DNA from: Macrostomum hystrix
Lineage: Eukaryota > Animalia > Platyhelminthes
NCBI GenBank assembly: GCA_950097015.1
Contig: CATNEN010000025.1
Coordinates: 5,456,001 to 5,520,000, forward strand
Reading direction: 5' to 3'
DNA: 64,000 nucleotides
Shown here: positions 1 through 11,700 of the stretch, piece by piece
How the letters are laid out: every line of letters starts with the position of its first letter
Position numbering within the stretch: position 1 is the first letter of the stretch
The notes under the pieces: model-generated
Databases searched by the model: none
Told to the model about the DNA's origin: nothing
Seen by the model: the letters and a program-made list of their open reading frames with translations, nothing else
Program-made: the position numbers and the translations under genes

Positions 1-950
1 TGCATGCATAAAATCCTGTGCACAGTTTTATTTCTGTTTCCGATTATGTACGAAGCTGTCTGTATTATTATCCATTTTTCGGACAATTCACTGCGCAAAG
101 TTGAAACTGATGAAGCGATTAGAATATAGATTTTATCACGCATTTTCCTTTCTACTTTCTTCTGTCTGACACTTTTTTGTTTAATCTCTTTGTGAAACTT
201 ATTTTCCGCTTAAAAGAACAATGGTTGTGGTTGCTTTCAAAATAATGCTTTCTCTCTAAACATGGGATGTATTAGGTGGTGTAAATAATCCCCTCAATTT
301 TCAATCCCAGGGGATAATAAATCCGGAATTTCTCAAAGAAAGTCTCCACTCTGATCACAAGTTTTTCGATACATATCGTCTAGTTTTTTTTCAACTAAAA
401 TGGGAATTATCTCGAGCTGTTTATTCCTAATTGGTGTCCCTGTCACATTTAAGTCCACATTTAAGGTTGGGTCGATTTTTTAGATTCTATATTAAATAGA
501 ATTTTAAATGAATAGAAATTGTGATTAATCATTAAGCACACTACAATGTGAAGCCACCTTGGTACTGCCGCACCTTAACTCGTTTATAATCAGTTCATTA
601 TTGCCATGAGATGTTATTAATTTAGTATTTTTTCGTCTACTGTTTACCTGCATGCGTTCGAACGGATTTTGCAAACTTCTAATTATAAATGCTATAGATT
701 ATATTGCATATTTACATAAATATACATATATATATATATGTTTACATTTTACACACTTCATTTTTTAGATTTAAAATGACACACGCATACACACACGTTA
801 ATTATGTTAGTGCGGCGCAAATAAAGCATTCATATTGTTTCTGTCATTTTTAAAATCATAAATGTACTAATGAATAGTAATAATATGTACTGTACAGTTG
901 CATACTGTGACTACAAAAGCTATATAAGATATACAGAAATGAAAAAAAAA

Positions 951-1205
951 TAGTTGATTACAACTGTCATAATTGCGTCAGATGTGCAGCCGACAGCACG
1001 TGTCACATCTGATGGCTGCGTACGGCTGTTCAGTCCATGGACTGGGGGGGCGCCACACCCACCCTCAATCACCCCCAGCTGATGCTGTGAACTGAAGCAA
1101 CGCAGTGTTAAATGTAAGGACGCAAATTATTCCAGTAGTATTGTCGGGAATCGAACCCCCGACCCTCAAGTCGTGAGGCCATCGCTCTAACCAGTTCGCT
1201 AACCC
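951..1205 (-). mobile_element. tRNA-derived SINE family A copy (internally deleted)
   Basis: Reverse complement of 1143-1205 reads GGGTTAGCGAACTGGTTAGAGCG...GGTTCGATTCCCGAC (A/B-box head). Body GGCTGCGTACGGCTGTTCAGTCCATGGACTGGGG is shared with 7204-7443, 17042-17190 and 30065-30333. Confidence 0.85.
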
Positions 1206-2029
1206 TCGCAAATTTGCTATCAGAAGCTTCTGGACTGGCCGTTCATTAAGCTGTGCAATTTTTTTACTTAGTTATTTCACTTCTCGTCCCAGACCTTCAA
1301 ATCCTCTATTTGGGATAATCTAAGTGTCGTGTAGACTTAAGCCTGCTCCCTGATAATCCCTTGGGGACGCCTTCCTTCGTTGACCTTGGGATCAGATTTA
1401 GGCGAGGAAAGAGCTAATAAAGACAGCCAACTGACGCAGGACAAAGTGGTTCTGGATTGACCAAAGACCCACTCCTTAATCATCATCTTGATTGGGATAT
1501 CAAAAAAACGTCCTCCCAGAAAGAATCACAGACGTAAAGTGGTGAATTCCTTCAATCCGTCAACTGCTGAAACGACTTCCTGAGCCGGGAACAATCAATT
1601 TTCTTGCCCCTTTTTCAGCAAACATCCGCCACTGCAGGTCAGATTCTCTATTGAGCAAATGAGAGAGAGAGGGAGAGAGAGAGAGTACAGTTGGAAAGCA
1701 AGCAAATGAATAGGCTAATTAGAACTGGCTTCTCAGCAGTGGCTGCGGCAGCTTGTGCCGCGGTTCCGGATGTGATTAACTATTTATTTGCTGTATTATT
1801 ACCTGCTATTTCCATCAGCTAGATGGACTCTAATTTATCTGAATAAATCTACTCTAATATCCTCTTAATTTTAGTGTCAGTGGTAAGTGCAGGGGACTCA
1901 TACTCCGTTAAGTCGTATAGCTAACATTTCTGTGCATGAGATATACACTACTGCTTAGGTAGAATAGAATAAGGAGAGAGATGAAAATTGTAGTTAGGGG
2001 AATATTGAGGAGAATTACAATTAGGCGAG

Positions 2030-2850
2030 AGAGAGAGAAAGGGGAAGAGGCAGAGGAAGGGGAAGCGACAGAGAAAGGGGAAGAGACAGAGGAACGGGAA
2101 GCGACAGAGGAAGGGGAAGCGATCGACAGAGGAAGGGGAAGCGACAGAGGAAGGGTAGGCGACAATGGAAGGGGAAGCGACAGAGGAAAGGGAAGAGACA
2201 GAGGAAAGGGGAAGCGACAATGGAAAGGGAAGAGACAGAGGAAGGAAAGAGACAGAGGAAAGGGGAAGCGACAATGGAAAGGGAAGAGACAGAGGGAGGG
2301 GAAGCGACAGAGGAAGGGGAAGAGACAGAGGAAAGGGGAAGCGACAATGGAAAGGGAAGAGACAGAGGAAAGGAAAGCGACAGAGGAAGGGGAAGCGGCA
2401 GAGGAAGGGGAAGAGACAGAGGAAAGGGGAAGCGACAGAGGAAAGGGAAGAGACAGAGGAAAGGAAAGCGACAGAGGAAGGGGAAGCGACAGAGGAAGGG
2501 GAAGAGACAGAGGAAAGGGGAAGCGACAATGGAAAGGGAAGAGACAGAGGAAAGGAAAGCGACAGAGGAAGGGGAAGCGGCAGAGGAAGGGGAAGCGACA
2601 GAGGAAAGGGAAGAGACAGAGGAAAGGAAAGCGACAGAGGAAGGGGAAGCGACAGAGGAAGGGGAAGAGACAGAGGAAAGGGGAAGTGACAATGGAAGGG
2701 GAAGAGACAGAGGAAAGGGGAAGCGACAGAGGAAAGGAGAAGAGACAGAGGAAGGGGAAGAGACAGAGGAATGGGGAAGAGACAGAGGAAAGGGGAAGCG
2801 ACAGAGGAAAGGGGAAGAGACAGAGGAACAGGAAGGGATAAGAGGAAGAG
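2030..2850. repeat. Purine-rich compound minisatellite (GACAGAGGAAGGGGAAGC / GACAGAGGAAAGGGAAGA variants)
   Basis: Direct inspection. It explains the overlapping low-complexity ORFs at 1908-2958. Confidence 0.9.
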
Positions 2851-3409
2851 GAGTCGGAGCTGCAGATAGGAGCCATCGGAGGGAGAAACATGCAAAGTGC
2901 GAGCGTATTTTATAGCGGAAGCATCAGCCCCTACTAGCCTGAGAGTTGGAAAGTACAAACCAGATTTAACGGATAAGTACTAGTTTTATTATTCACCTCC
3001 ATACTCATAGCAGACGCGCTTTCAATCGACAAATAGAGAGTAAGAACAGGGCAATAAACTGGAGAAACACAGCCCCAGATTCGCTATCGCATGACAATTT
3101 GCTCCAGTGGCTGATCAGCTTCTGAGTACCATCGTGTCGGACACAACACCAAGCCTTCCTAGCCTAGCAAGTTTGACTTTATGTCTAGTTCGCTGCGTGG
3201 TAAGCCACTGTTCAACTGATCCCATATGTATTGATCAACGCTTTTTGCCCCAGCTCACCGAGATCTATACCAAACGGATTCCGCTGTTCTCAGGCTAAGA
3301 GCAGTCGCATGAGTTTAGTTGTTGTAAATCCTCAACAAATTAGAGAACGAGCGCGTGCCTCTGTGATTTATTCTCAGGAGATAAGAAGGCTTTCATATGG
3401 TGTCAGTAT

Positions 3410-4136
3410 TCCAATGAAGCTTAGGAATGTACAGCTGCAGTTGATGGTCATGTCACAGTGAAGCCGAGGAATGTACAGCTGCAGTTGATGATCATATCAG
3501 AGTGAAGCTGAGGAATGTACGAGCGTACAGCTGCAGTTGATGATCATGTCAGAGTGAAGCTGAGGAATGTACAGCTACAGTTGATGGTCATGTCACAGTG
3601 AAGCTGAGGAATGTACAGCTGCAGTTGATGATCATATCAGAGTGAAGCTGAGGAATGTAAAGCTGCAGTTGATGATCATGTCAGAGTGAAGCTGAGGAAT
3701 GTAAAGCTGCAGCTGATGATCATGTCAGAGTGAAGCTGAGGAATGTTCAGCTGCAGTTGATCATCATGTCAGAGTGAAGCTGAGGAATGTTCAGCTGCAG
3801 TTGATCATCATGTCAGAGTGAAGCTGAGGAATGTACAGCTGCAGTTGATGATCGTGTCACAGTGAAGCTGAGGAATGTACAGCTGCAGTCGATGATCATG
3901 TCAGAGTGAAGCTGAGGAATGTTCAGCTGCAGTTGATGATCATGTCAGAGTGAAGCTGAGGAATGTACAGCTGCAGTTGATGATCATGTCAGAGTGAAGC
4001 TGAGGAATGTACAGCTACAGTTGATCATCATGTCAGAGTGAAGCTGAGGAATGTTCAGCTGCAGTTGATGATCATGTCAGAGTGAAGCTGAGGAATGTAC
4101 AGCTGCAGTTGATGATCATGTCAGAGTGAAGCTGAG
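3410..4136. repeat. 44-bp tandem repeat, about 16 copies (TGAAGCTGAGGAATGTACAGCTGCAGTTGATGATCATGTCAGAG)
   Basis: Period measured from AGTGAAG at 3905 and 3949. Confidence 0.95.
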
Positions 4137-4486
4137 TTTAATTGTAGGTCACATTTGAAATTTAGGTGATAATGTTGACCTTTTAAAGTTCTTTACTAAC
4201 AAAAGTATTTTAGAAATTCGATTCATTTACAAGAAATTCGATGCGACAGGATCTGCTAGGGTCTGTTTCTTCAATCCAGAAGCAATCTGATTGGCTGTGG
4301 GGCAGGCAGATAAAGTGACTGGTCCTGCTGCATGCTAAACACTCTTATCTAAGCTTCTACTGCTTTGCCCGTTAGCTGAAGCAGACATTTTTCTATGTAA
4401 GACTTGAAGTTTAAAAATTATTCTAATATTGTGCTCTTAAAGTGAATTATACTTCCTTGGACCCGCATTGAGGAGTATCAGGTACG

Positions 4487-4812
<326 letters not shown>

Positions 4813-5169
4813 TGTCTCGTTATAAGTGTTTCCAGTGGCTTGAATAATAGATTTGGCTTCTAATCAATTCGTGCTTTTCAAATTTTCAATGGCGAATGAT
4901 TCCAATAGATTTTTCTTCAAGTAGCAAATTTCTGGCTTAATCATGAGTTGAGCATGCACTCACGATTCTCTGGCTGCATCAAAGCGTTTTTGCTAATTCT
5001 AAAATCACAGTGTCCACATCAAGATACGAGTTTACTCTTCTTTTAAGCCTTGTTTGGCATCGGCCCCATCAATTTGAAATTGGCGCACTTTTTCGAATAG
5101 AGACAACCAAAGGAGGCGGCAATAGGATGATGAACAGACGGCTGTTAAAACAAATGGATACATTTTTGG

Positions 5170-5510
5170 CAAGTAGAGAGAAGAGAGACAGAGTTGATTG
5201 ATAGTTGAGTTAAATGATAATGTCGGAGACAAATTGACGAGAGACGATGGATAGGAAAGAGAGATGACAGAGAGAGAATAGCAAAAGGAGGGTGAGAGAA
5301 GGGAGAGAGGACGGGGTGAGGGGGGAGAGAGGAGGGTGACAGAAGGGTGAGAGGAGGAGAGAGGAGGGTGGCAGAAGGGGGAGAGGAGTGAGAGAAGAGG
5401 ATGAGAGGTGGGAGAGATGAGGGCAACAGAAGGGGGAGATGAGGGAGAGAGGAGTGAGAGAATAGGGTGAGAGGATGGAGAGACGCAGGAGAGAGAGAGG
5501 CGAGACACGC
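5170..5510. repeat. GA-rich low-complexity tract upstream of the GPCR
   Basis: Degenerate GAGAGG/GAAGGG repeats. Confidence 0.75.
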
Positions 5511-5599
5511 TTAAGTATCAGACAAAGCAATTAAAATCCAAAAGAGATACAAGTATGGAACCCTAACCCGTGTCCCGCTGAACCCTCCCCCACCCAGAC

Positions 5600-7132
5600 A
5601 TGCCTGCCATCTGCGCCAACGTCAGCAACTCCTCGGCTGCATCGTCGAGTGTCGCGGTTGAAAGTTCTGTGAAGACCGCTGTGCAGCTGAGCGTCCTGAC
5701 GCTGACCCCGGTGCTGTCGCTATTCGGCGTGGCGGCTAACACCGTCAACATCGCCGTCCTAACACGCAAATGGATGGCCTCGTCCACTAACTACTACTTG
5801 ACAGCGCTGGCAGTAACAGATATAGTTTATCTGTTCCTATTTTATCTGATCACAGTGAAATTCTATCCGGGTGTCAGCCGGCTGGCCTGGTTCGCTCACC
5901 TCCTCTCAGGCCTGTTCCCATTGGCCAATCTGCTGAGCAATTTCGCCACCTGGCTAACCTGCTTCTTCACCTTTGAGCGGTGGGTGGTGGTGCACAACCC
6001 CATGCTGGGCAGGCGGCACTGTTCTCGCGGTCGGGCCAAGCACACCATTGGCGTCATCTTCCTGGCCGCTCTGGTCTTCACGCTGCCCAACTTTTTCGAG
6101 TATCGTGTCATTAGCCGGCAGGTGAATGGCACAATTGAGTACGGCCTGGGCAAGACACAGGCCTATGAGTTTCTGCTCAAAGCTGGCTATTATCATCTCA
6201 CACCGACTGTATTCATCTTTGGCCCGCTGCTGTTTCTCATTGTGTTCAATTCGCTGCTGATCTGCAGTGTCCTCCGCGCCAAGAAGCGTCAGGCTCGACT
6301 GAGTGCCGTCTCAAGCCTGCCGATGTACCAGCCAGCATCGCAGCAGCAGCAGCAGCAGCAGCGAAGGCGCCAGTCTTCGGCAGCTACGATAACAACATCG
6401 CTAGACAGTCCAGCTGAACGGATTCGCAGCGGTAGATATTTGCGATACTCGCAACCGCAGCTCCAGGTGCCATCGGCGGTGGTGGCAGCGGCGGCGGCGA
6501 CAGGCAATCGGCGTTACCGACCTGGCGGCAGCGGCAACTCCGAGCAGCAGAAGGTCACGGTGATGCTAATCGCTGTTGTCATCGTCTTCTGCCTGTGCCA
6601 GCTGCCGTCAGCGGCGCTGACACTGCAGAAGGCTGTCGCCGAGCGCAACGACCCGACGAAATGTCCCGACAGTCGGCCGGCTGCTTCAACAAGCGTCACC
6701 ATCTTCGACCAGGTGGCCCCGGCCGTAGTGAACCTGCTTCTCCTGCTGAATGCGGCCTGCAATTTCGTTCTCTACTCCTGCTTCTCTACAAAGTTCCGAG
6801 ACACGTTCAGGCAGCTGTTTTTGGGCAGATGCGCCGCAGCCGACGCTCTGCAGCGGCGAAGAGTCTCGCAGGCTGCCATCGCCGCCAATAATGTACATCG
6901 GGCAGCTGGCGGCGCTGCGGCAGCCCGCAGTCGGGCGACGGCTTCACGAGACGAATGCGACAGCCGGCCCAGCCTGGCTGAGGAGGACGAAGATTTCAAA
7001 GAAGAAGAAGATAATGATAATGAAGAAGAAGTTGATGAGGCCGCTGTGGTGGTGGAAGGCAAGGCTGTTGCGGCACTGCAGTTTAAAGCTGGCAATTCTT
7101 CTTTGAGGGCGAGTCGCAGGGCGTCTTTATAA
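5600..7132 (+). CDS. Rhodopsin-family (class A) neuropeptide GPCR, FMRFamide/myosuppressin/sex-peptide-receptor-like, single coding exon, 510 aa
   Basis: Seven hydrophobic segments: TM1 GVAANTVNIAVL, TM2 YLTALAVTD, TM3 end TFERWVVV (DRY-equivalent ERW), TM6 VFCLCQLP, TM7 LNAACNFVLY (NPxxY-equivalent). N-terminal N-glycosylation sequons (NVS, NSS). ERW and NFxLY variants are typical of invertebrate FMRFa/DMS-type receptors; the ligand is not assignable. Confidence 0.92.
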   Translation: MPAICANVSNSSAASSSVAVESSVKTAVQLSVLTLTPVLSLFGVAANTVNIAVLTRKWMASSTNYYLTALAVTDIVYLFLFYLITVKFYPGVSRLAWFAHLLSGLFPLANLLSNFATWLTCFFTFERWVVVHNPMLGRRHCSRGRAKHTIGVIFLAALVFTLPNFFEYRVISRQVNGTIEYGLGKTQAYEFLLKAGYYHLTPTVFIFGPLLFLIVFNSLLICSVLRAKKRQARLSAVSSLPMYQPASQQQQQQQRRRQSSAATITTSLDSPAERIRSGRYLRYSQPQLQVPSAVVAAAAATGNRRYRPGGSGNSEQQKVTVMLIAVVIVFCLCQLPSAALTLQKAVAERNDPTKCPDSRPAASTSVTIFDQVAPAVVNLLLLLNAACNFVLYSCFSTKFRDTFRQLFLGRCAAADALQRRRVSQAAIAANNVHRAAGGAAAARSRATASRDECDSRPSLAEEDEDFKEEEDNDNEEEVDEAAVVVEGKAVAALQFKAGNSSLRASRRASL

Positions 7133-7203
7133 GTCTAGAAAGTGACGATTCGTAATAATAATACTAATTTATATTTATAACAACTAATTTAACAAAAGCA
7201 AAG

Positions 7204-7443
7204 CTATTGCGCAACGCATCTGAAGGCTGCGTACAGCTGTTCAGTCCATGGACTGGGGGACGCCACACCCACCCTCAATTATCCCAGCTGATGCTGGTAC
7301 CCATTTAACAGCTGGGTGAACTGAAGCAATGCAGAGTTCAGTGTCTTGCTCCACTGGACACAGATTGTTCCATTGGGGTCGGGAATCGAACCCCCGACCT
7401 TCAAGGCGTGAGTCCGACGCTCTAACCACTAGGCTACAACCCC
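7204..7443 (-). mobile_element. tRNA-derived CORE-SINE, family A, near full length
   Basis: Minus strand: GGGGTTGTAGCCTAGTGGTTAGAGCG...GGTTCGATTCCCGACCCC head, then TGTGTCCAGTGGAGCAAGACACTGAACTCTGCATTGCTTCAGTTCACCCAGCTGTTAAATGGG, which resembles the MIR CORE domain, then the family 3' body. Confidence 0.9.
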
Positions 7444-7489
7444 TTGGATAAATATGAAATCATCAAAGCGTAAAAATAAAATTTCAACG

Positions 7490-7640
7490 AGCCAGCTTAG
7501 GCTCGATATTATCAATAACTCAGCCAGCTTAGGCTCGATATTATCAATAACTCAGCCAGCTTAGGCTCGATATTATCAATAACTCAGCCAGCTTAGGCTC
7601 GATATTATCAATAACTTAGCCAGCTTAGGCTCGATATTAT
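7490..7640. repeat. 32-bp tandem repeat, about 4.5 copies (CAGCCAGCTTAGGCTCGATATTATCAATAACT)
   Basis: Period measured from GCTCGAT at 7501 and 7533. Confidence 0.95.
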
Positions 7641-8509
7641 CAATAACTCAGCCAGCTTAGGGACCACTTGATATAAATTTGTCAATGAGCTCAATTTCTA
7701 CGTTTTCAGAATTTATTCTAATTGTAAATTAGTCAACAACCTCTTTAAATGGCTAGATCTTTGCCATCATTGATCAGTTAGATCAGTTTTGGGTTCGATT
7801 TGGATTTTTCGTCTCAAATACTTGTAGTTAAGATTTTTTTAGATCAATAGGGATACCTGGAATCAATAGGGACTTCTAGAATCAAATAGGGACTAATTGA
7901 GACTTAAGGATTATTCCCGTGTAAAAAATATCCTACTTCATCGCATACTGTAACCAACTGTTCATATTGCAAATACATAATATTGCTTTGCAAATGTACT
8001 TCTGCACTTGTGCAAAAGTACAAACGATTTAGGACTCAAATGTTCAATTTTTTCCATTCTTTTTCCCCTACAAGTTTTCGAATTATATTTTATGAGTGGC
8101 AGCTTCCTCAGGGTTAAATCAGGAAATTAAGCGCTCCCCCTACGCTTGTAGTTGATGCCCTCCTATAAAATAGGACCTATATAGTTTCTCTGTGCCAAAT
8201 ATGAACTAGGGGATGCGTGAATGTCATTCGTAAGAAATCAGATCAGCCAGCTTGTTTAGTTTAGCCGCCCACGCAATGATTCAGCACTCGGTAAGCAGCA
8301 CAGTTAATGAGCTGATGAAATAAAACACTTCGTGAGGGTCGCGAATTGATGTCAGTTAGCCTCACGTCGAGGTTTAAATTACTTTTCTATGTCTCTTTGT
8401 GGTCGTAAACTTGTCACCGCTATATATTGGCTTCGCATTGTTGAAATTTAACCTACTTTGCTTCATTGTCCGAATAATTCACGAAGATTTAAAAAACAAA
8501 GTTTAAAAA

Positions 8510-8720
8510 ATGTCCGCGGACAATGGCACTTTGTCCGAACCAACTTTGGCAAGTTTGGCCGCTCGTATGGACTCGACAGACCTGTCTCTAAATGATTTCT
8601 TCCTGTGCACAATGGCCATTGTGATCTATTTTATGCAATGCGGCTTTGCGTTTCTGGAGGCTGGCGCTGTGCGCTCCAAGAATGTCACAAATATCCTCAT
8701 CAAAAATATTCTGGACTCGT
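8510..8720 (+). CDS. amt: Amt exon 1
   Basis: MSADNG...GFAFLEAGAVRSKNVTNILIKNILDS; donor GTAAGT at 8721, phase 1. Confidence 0.93.
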
Positions 8721-11700
8721 GTAAGTCAACATTTCTTATTGCGAATGTGGAATTTGAGTATAGGATAATCAAACACATTGTGCAGGGGTCGGATACTCTG
8801 AGCATCCGAAGAGATAATAAAAATGAAATTGCGTATAAGATTGTCGGGGTAGAGATGAGACAGATTAGAGATGAGACACGGGAGAAATGAGACAGGGGAG
8901 ATGAGACTGGGAAGAGATGGGACACGCATGAGATGGGACAGGGGAGAGATGGGACAGGGGAGAGATGGGACAGGGGAGAGATAAGACAGGGGAGAGATAA
9001 GACAGGGGGAGAGATGGGACAGGGGAGAGATGGGACAGGGGAGAGATGGGACAGGGGAGAGATGGGACAGGGGAGAGATGGGACAGGGGAGAGATAAGAC
9101 AGGGGAGAGATGGGACAGGGGAGAGATGGGACAGGGGAGAGATGGGACAGGGAGAGATGGGACAGGGGAGAGATGAGACGAGTAGATGAGACAGGGGAGA
9201 GATGCGACAAGTCTCTAGAGTAGAGACTGGACAGTAAATTAGATGTGTTGAAAGGGCCTGGTTGCGGGTGGGTCGTATCTGGCACACTGTTTGCCGATCC
9301 CGGACTTTGCAGAGGTTGAAAGAAAGAAGGCTATTTGCCAATGCAGCTTTTAAAGAGCAGAGTAAACTATTTTAATGCTGAAATCGTCAGAAAACTCCCA
9401 CTGAACTCGAAGCCTCCAATTCGCAGTCATTGGCGGCATAGCCTATTACCTGATTGGCTACGCCTTGGCATTCGGCGAGCCGGGCAATTTGTTCTGCGGC
9501 GGCGGCTACTGGGCTCTGAGCCGACTGCCTGCCGCCAGCTACTCCCGCGTGCTGTTCCAGTTCATGTTCGCCGCTACGGCCGCCACCATCGTCAGCGGCG
9601 CCGTCGCTGAGAGATGCGAGTTCACAGCATACCTGATCTATACGGCTTTTATAACAGGTGCGGATCTGGCCAGCCATCCCCATAGATCCGACTCCCTGCC
9701 CCCTATCAACACTTACACTCTGGTTCTCATCTACATCTCATCTCAACTGTCCGGTGTCTCATCTCTCCCTTGTCATATCTGTCCCCCCGTCTCATCTCTC
9801 CCCCCGTCTCCTCTCTCCCCCGTCTCCTCTCTCCCCTGTCTCATCTCTCCCTTGTCATATCTGTCCCCCCGTCTCCTCTCTCCCCCCGTCTCATCTCTAC
9901 CCCGTCTCATCTCTCCCCCGTCTCCTCTCTCCCCCGTCTCATCTCTCCCCCGTCTCATCTCTCCCCCGTCTCATCTCTCCTCTGTCTCATCTCTCCCCCG
10001 TCTCATCTCTCCCCCGTCTTATCTCTCCCCTGTCTCATCTCTCCCCCGTCTCATCTCTTCCCTGTCTTATCTATCCGGTGTCTCCTCTCTCCCCTGTCAT
10101 ATCTCTCCCCTGTCTCATCTCTCCCCTGTCTCATCTCTCCCCCGTCTCGTCTCTCCCCCGTCTCATCTCTCCCCTGCCTTATCCCTCCCGCATCTCATCT
10201 CTCCCCTGTCTCATCTCTCCCCTGTCTTATCCCTCCCGCATCTCATCTCTTCCCTGTCTCATCTCTCCCGTGTCTCATCTCTTCCCTGTCTTATCTCTCC
10301 CCTGTCTCATCTCTCCCCTGTCTCATCTCTCCCCTGTCTCATCTCTCCCCTGTCTCATCTCTCCCCTGTCTCATCTCTCCCCCGTCTCATCTCTTCCCTG
10401 TCTTACCTCTCCGGTGTCTCATCTCTCCCCTGTCTCATCTCTCCCCTGTCTCATCTCTCCCCTGTCTCATCTCTCCCCTGTCTCATCTCTCCCCCGTCTT
10501 ATCTCTCCCCCCGTCTCATCTCTCCGCTGTCTCATCTCTCCCCTTTCTCATCTCTCCCCTGTATCATCTCTGCCCTATCTTATTCTTCCCCTAAAAGATG
10601 ATTCATAATTCATTAACTGACTATAGATAGCATTGATCAGAGTAGAAGTAACGAATAACGCATTCTAAATAGAAGCGAGGCAATATTTTTATCTGCCTGG
10701 CCTAACAGGATTCGTTTATCCAGTGGTGACCCACTGGGCCTGGGATCCTACTGGTTGGCTGAACAAGGGCATTGAAATCACCTACAGCGACGGTGCAACA
10801 AAGCGTTCGGCTTATCAGGTGAGAAATTGCATAGGGGTGTGTCTTGCCATTTTTTTTCGTTTTTATCATAGGATTGTAAATTTTAACTCTTTAGCCGACC
10901 AATTAAAACTAAAAATTAGTTGGTTTCAATCAAAACTACATCTAGAATAAATGATGGGACTTCTAGAATCAAACAGTAAGGACTTCTAGAATCAAACAGT
11001 AAGGACTTCTAGAATCAAACAGCAAGGACTTCTAGAATCAAACAGTAAGGACTTCTAGAATCAAACAGTAAGGACTTCTAGAATCAAACAGTAAGGACTT
11101 CTAGAATCAAACAGCAAGGACTTCTAGAATCAAACAGTAAGGACTTCTAGAATCAAACAGCAAGGACTTCTAGAATCAAACAGTAAGGACTTCTAGAATC
11201 AAACAGTAAGGACTTCTAGAATCAAACAGTAAGGACTTCTAGAATCAAACAGCAAGGACTTCTAGAATCAAACAGTAAGGACTTCTAGAATCAAACAGTA
11301 AGGACTTCTAGAATCAAACAGTAAGGACTTCTAGAATCAAACAGTAGGGACTTCTAGAATCAAACAGTAAGGACTTCTAGAATCAAACAGTAAGGACTTC
11401 TAGAATCAAACAGTAAGGACTTCTAGAATCAAACAGTAAGGACTTCTAGAATCAAACAGTAAGGACTTCTAGAATCAAACAGTAGGGACTTCTAGAATCA
11501 AACAGTAAGGACTTCTAGAATCAAACAGTAAGGACTTCTAGAATCAAACAGTAAGGACTTCTAGAATCAAACAGTAAGGACTTCTAGAATCAAACAGTAA
11601 GGACTTCTAGAATCAAACAGTAAGGACTTCTAGAATCAAACAGTAAGGACTTCTAGAATCAAACAGTAAGGACTTCTAGAATCAAACAGTAAGGACTTCT

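Noticed and set aside
3080-3160. Minus-strand LVLCPTRWYS resembling the hAT transposase TRWNS motif
   Set aside because: It is flanked by stops within about 25 codons and no other transposase motif is visible; probably chance.
7375-7443. tRNA genes (also 1143-1205, 13626-13695, 20625-20693, 30280-30333)
   Set aside because: A/B boxes are present but the cloverleafs are imperfect and each continues into a shared SINE body.
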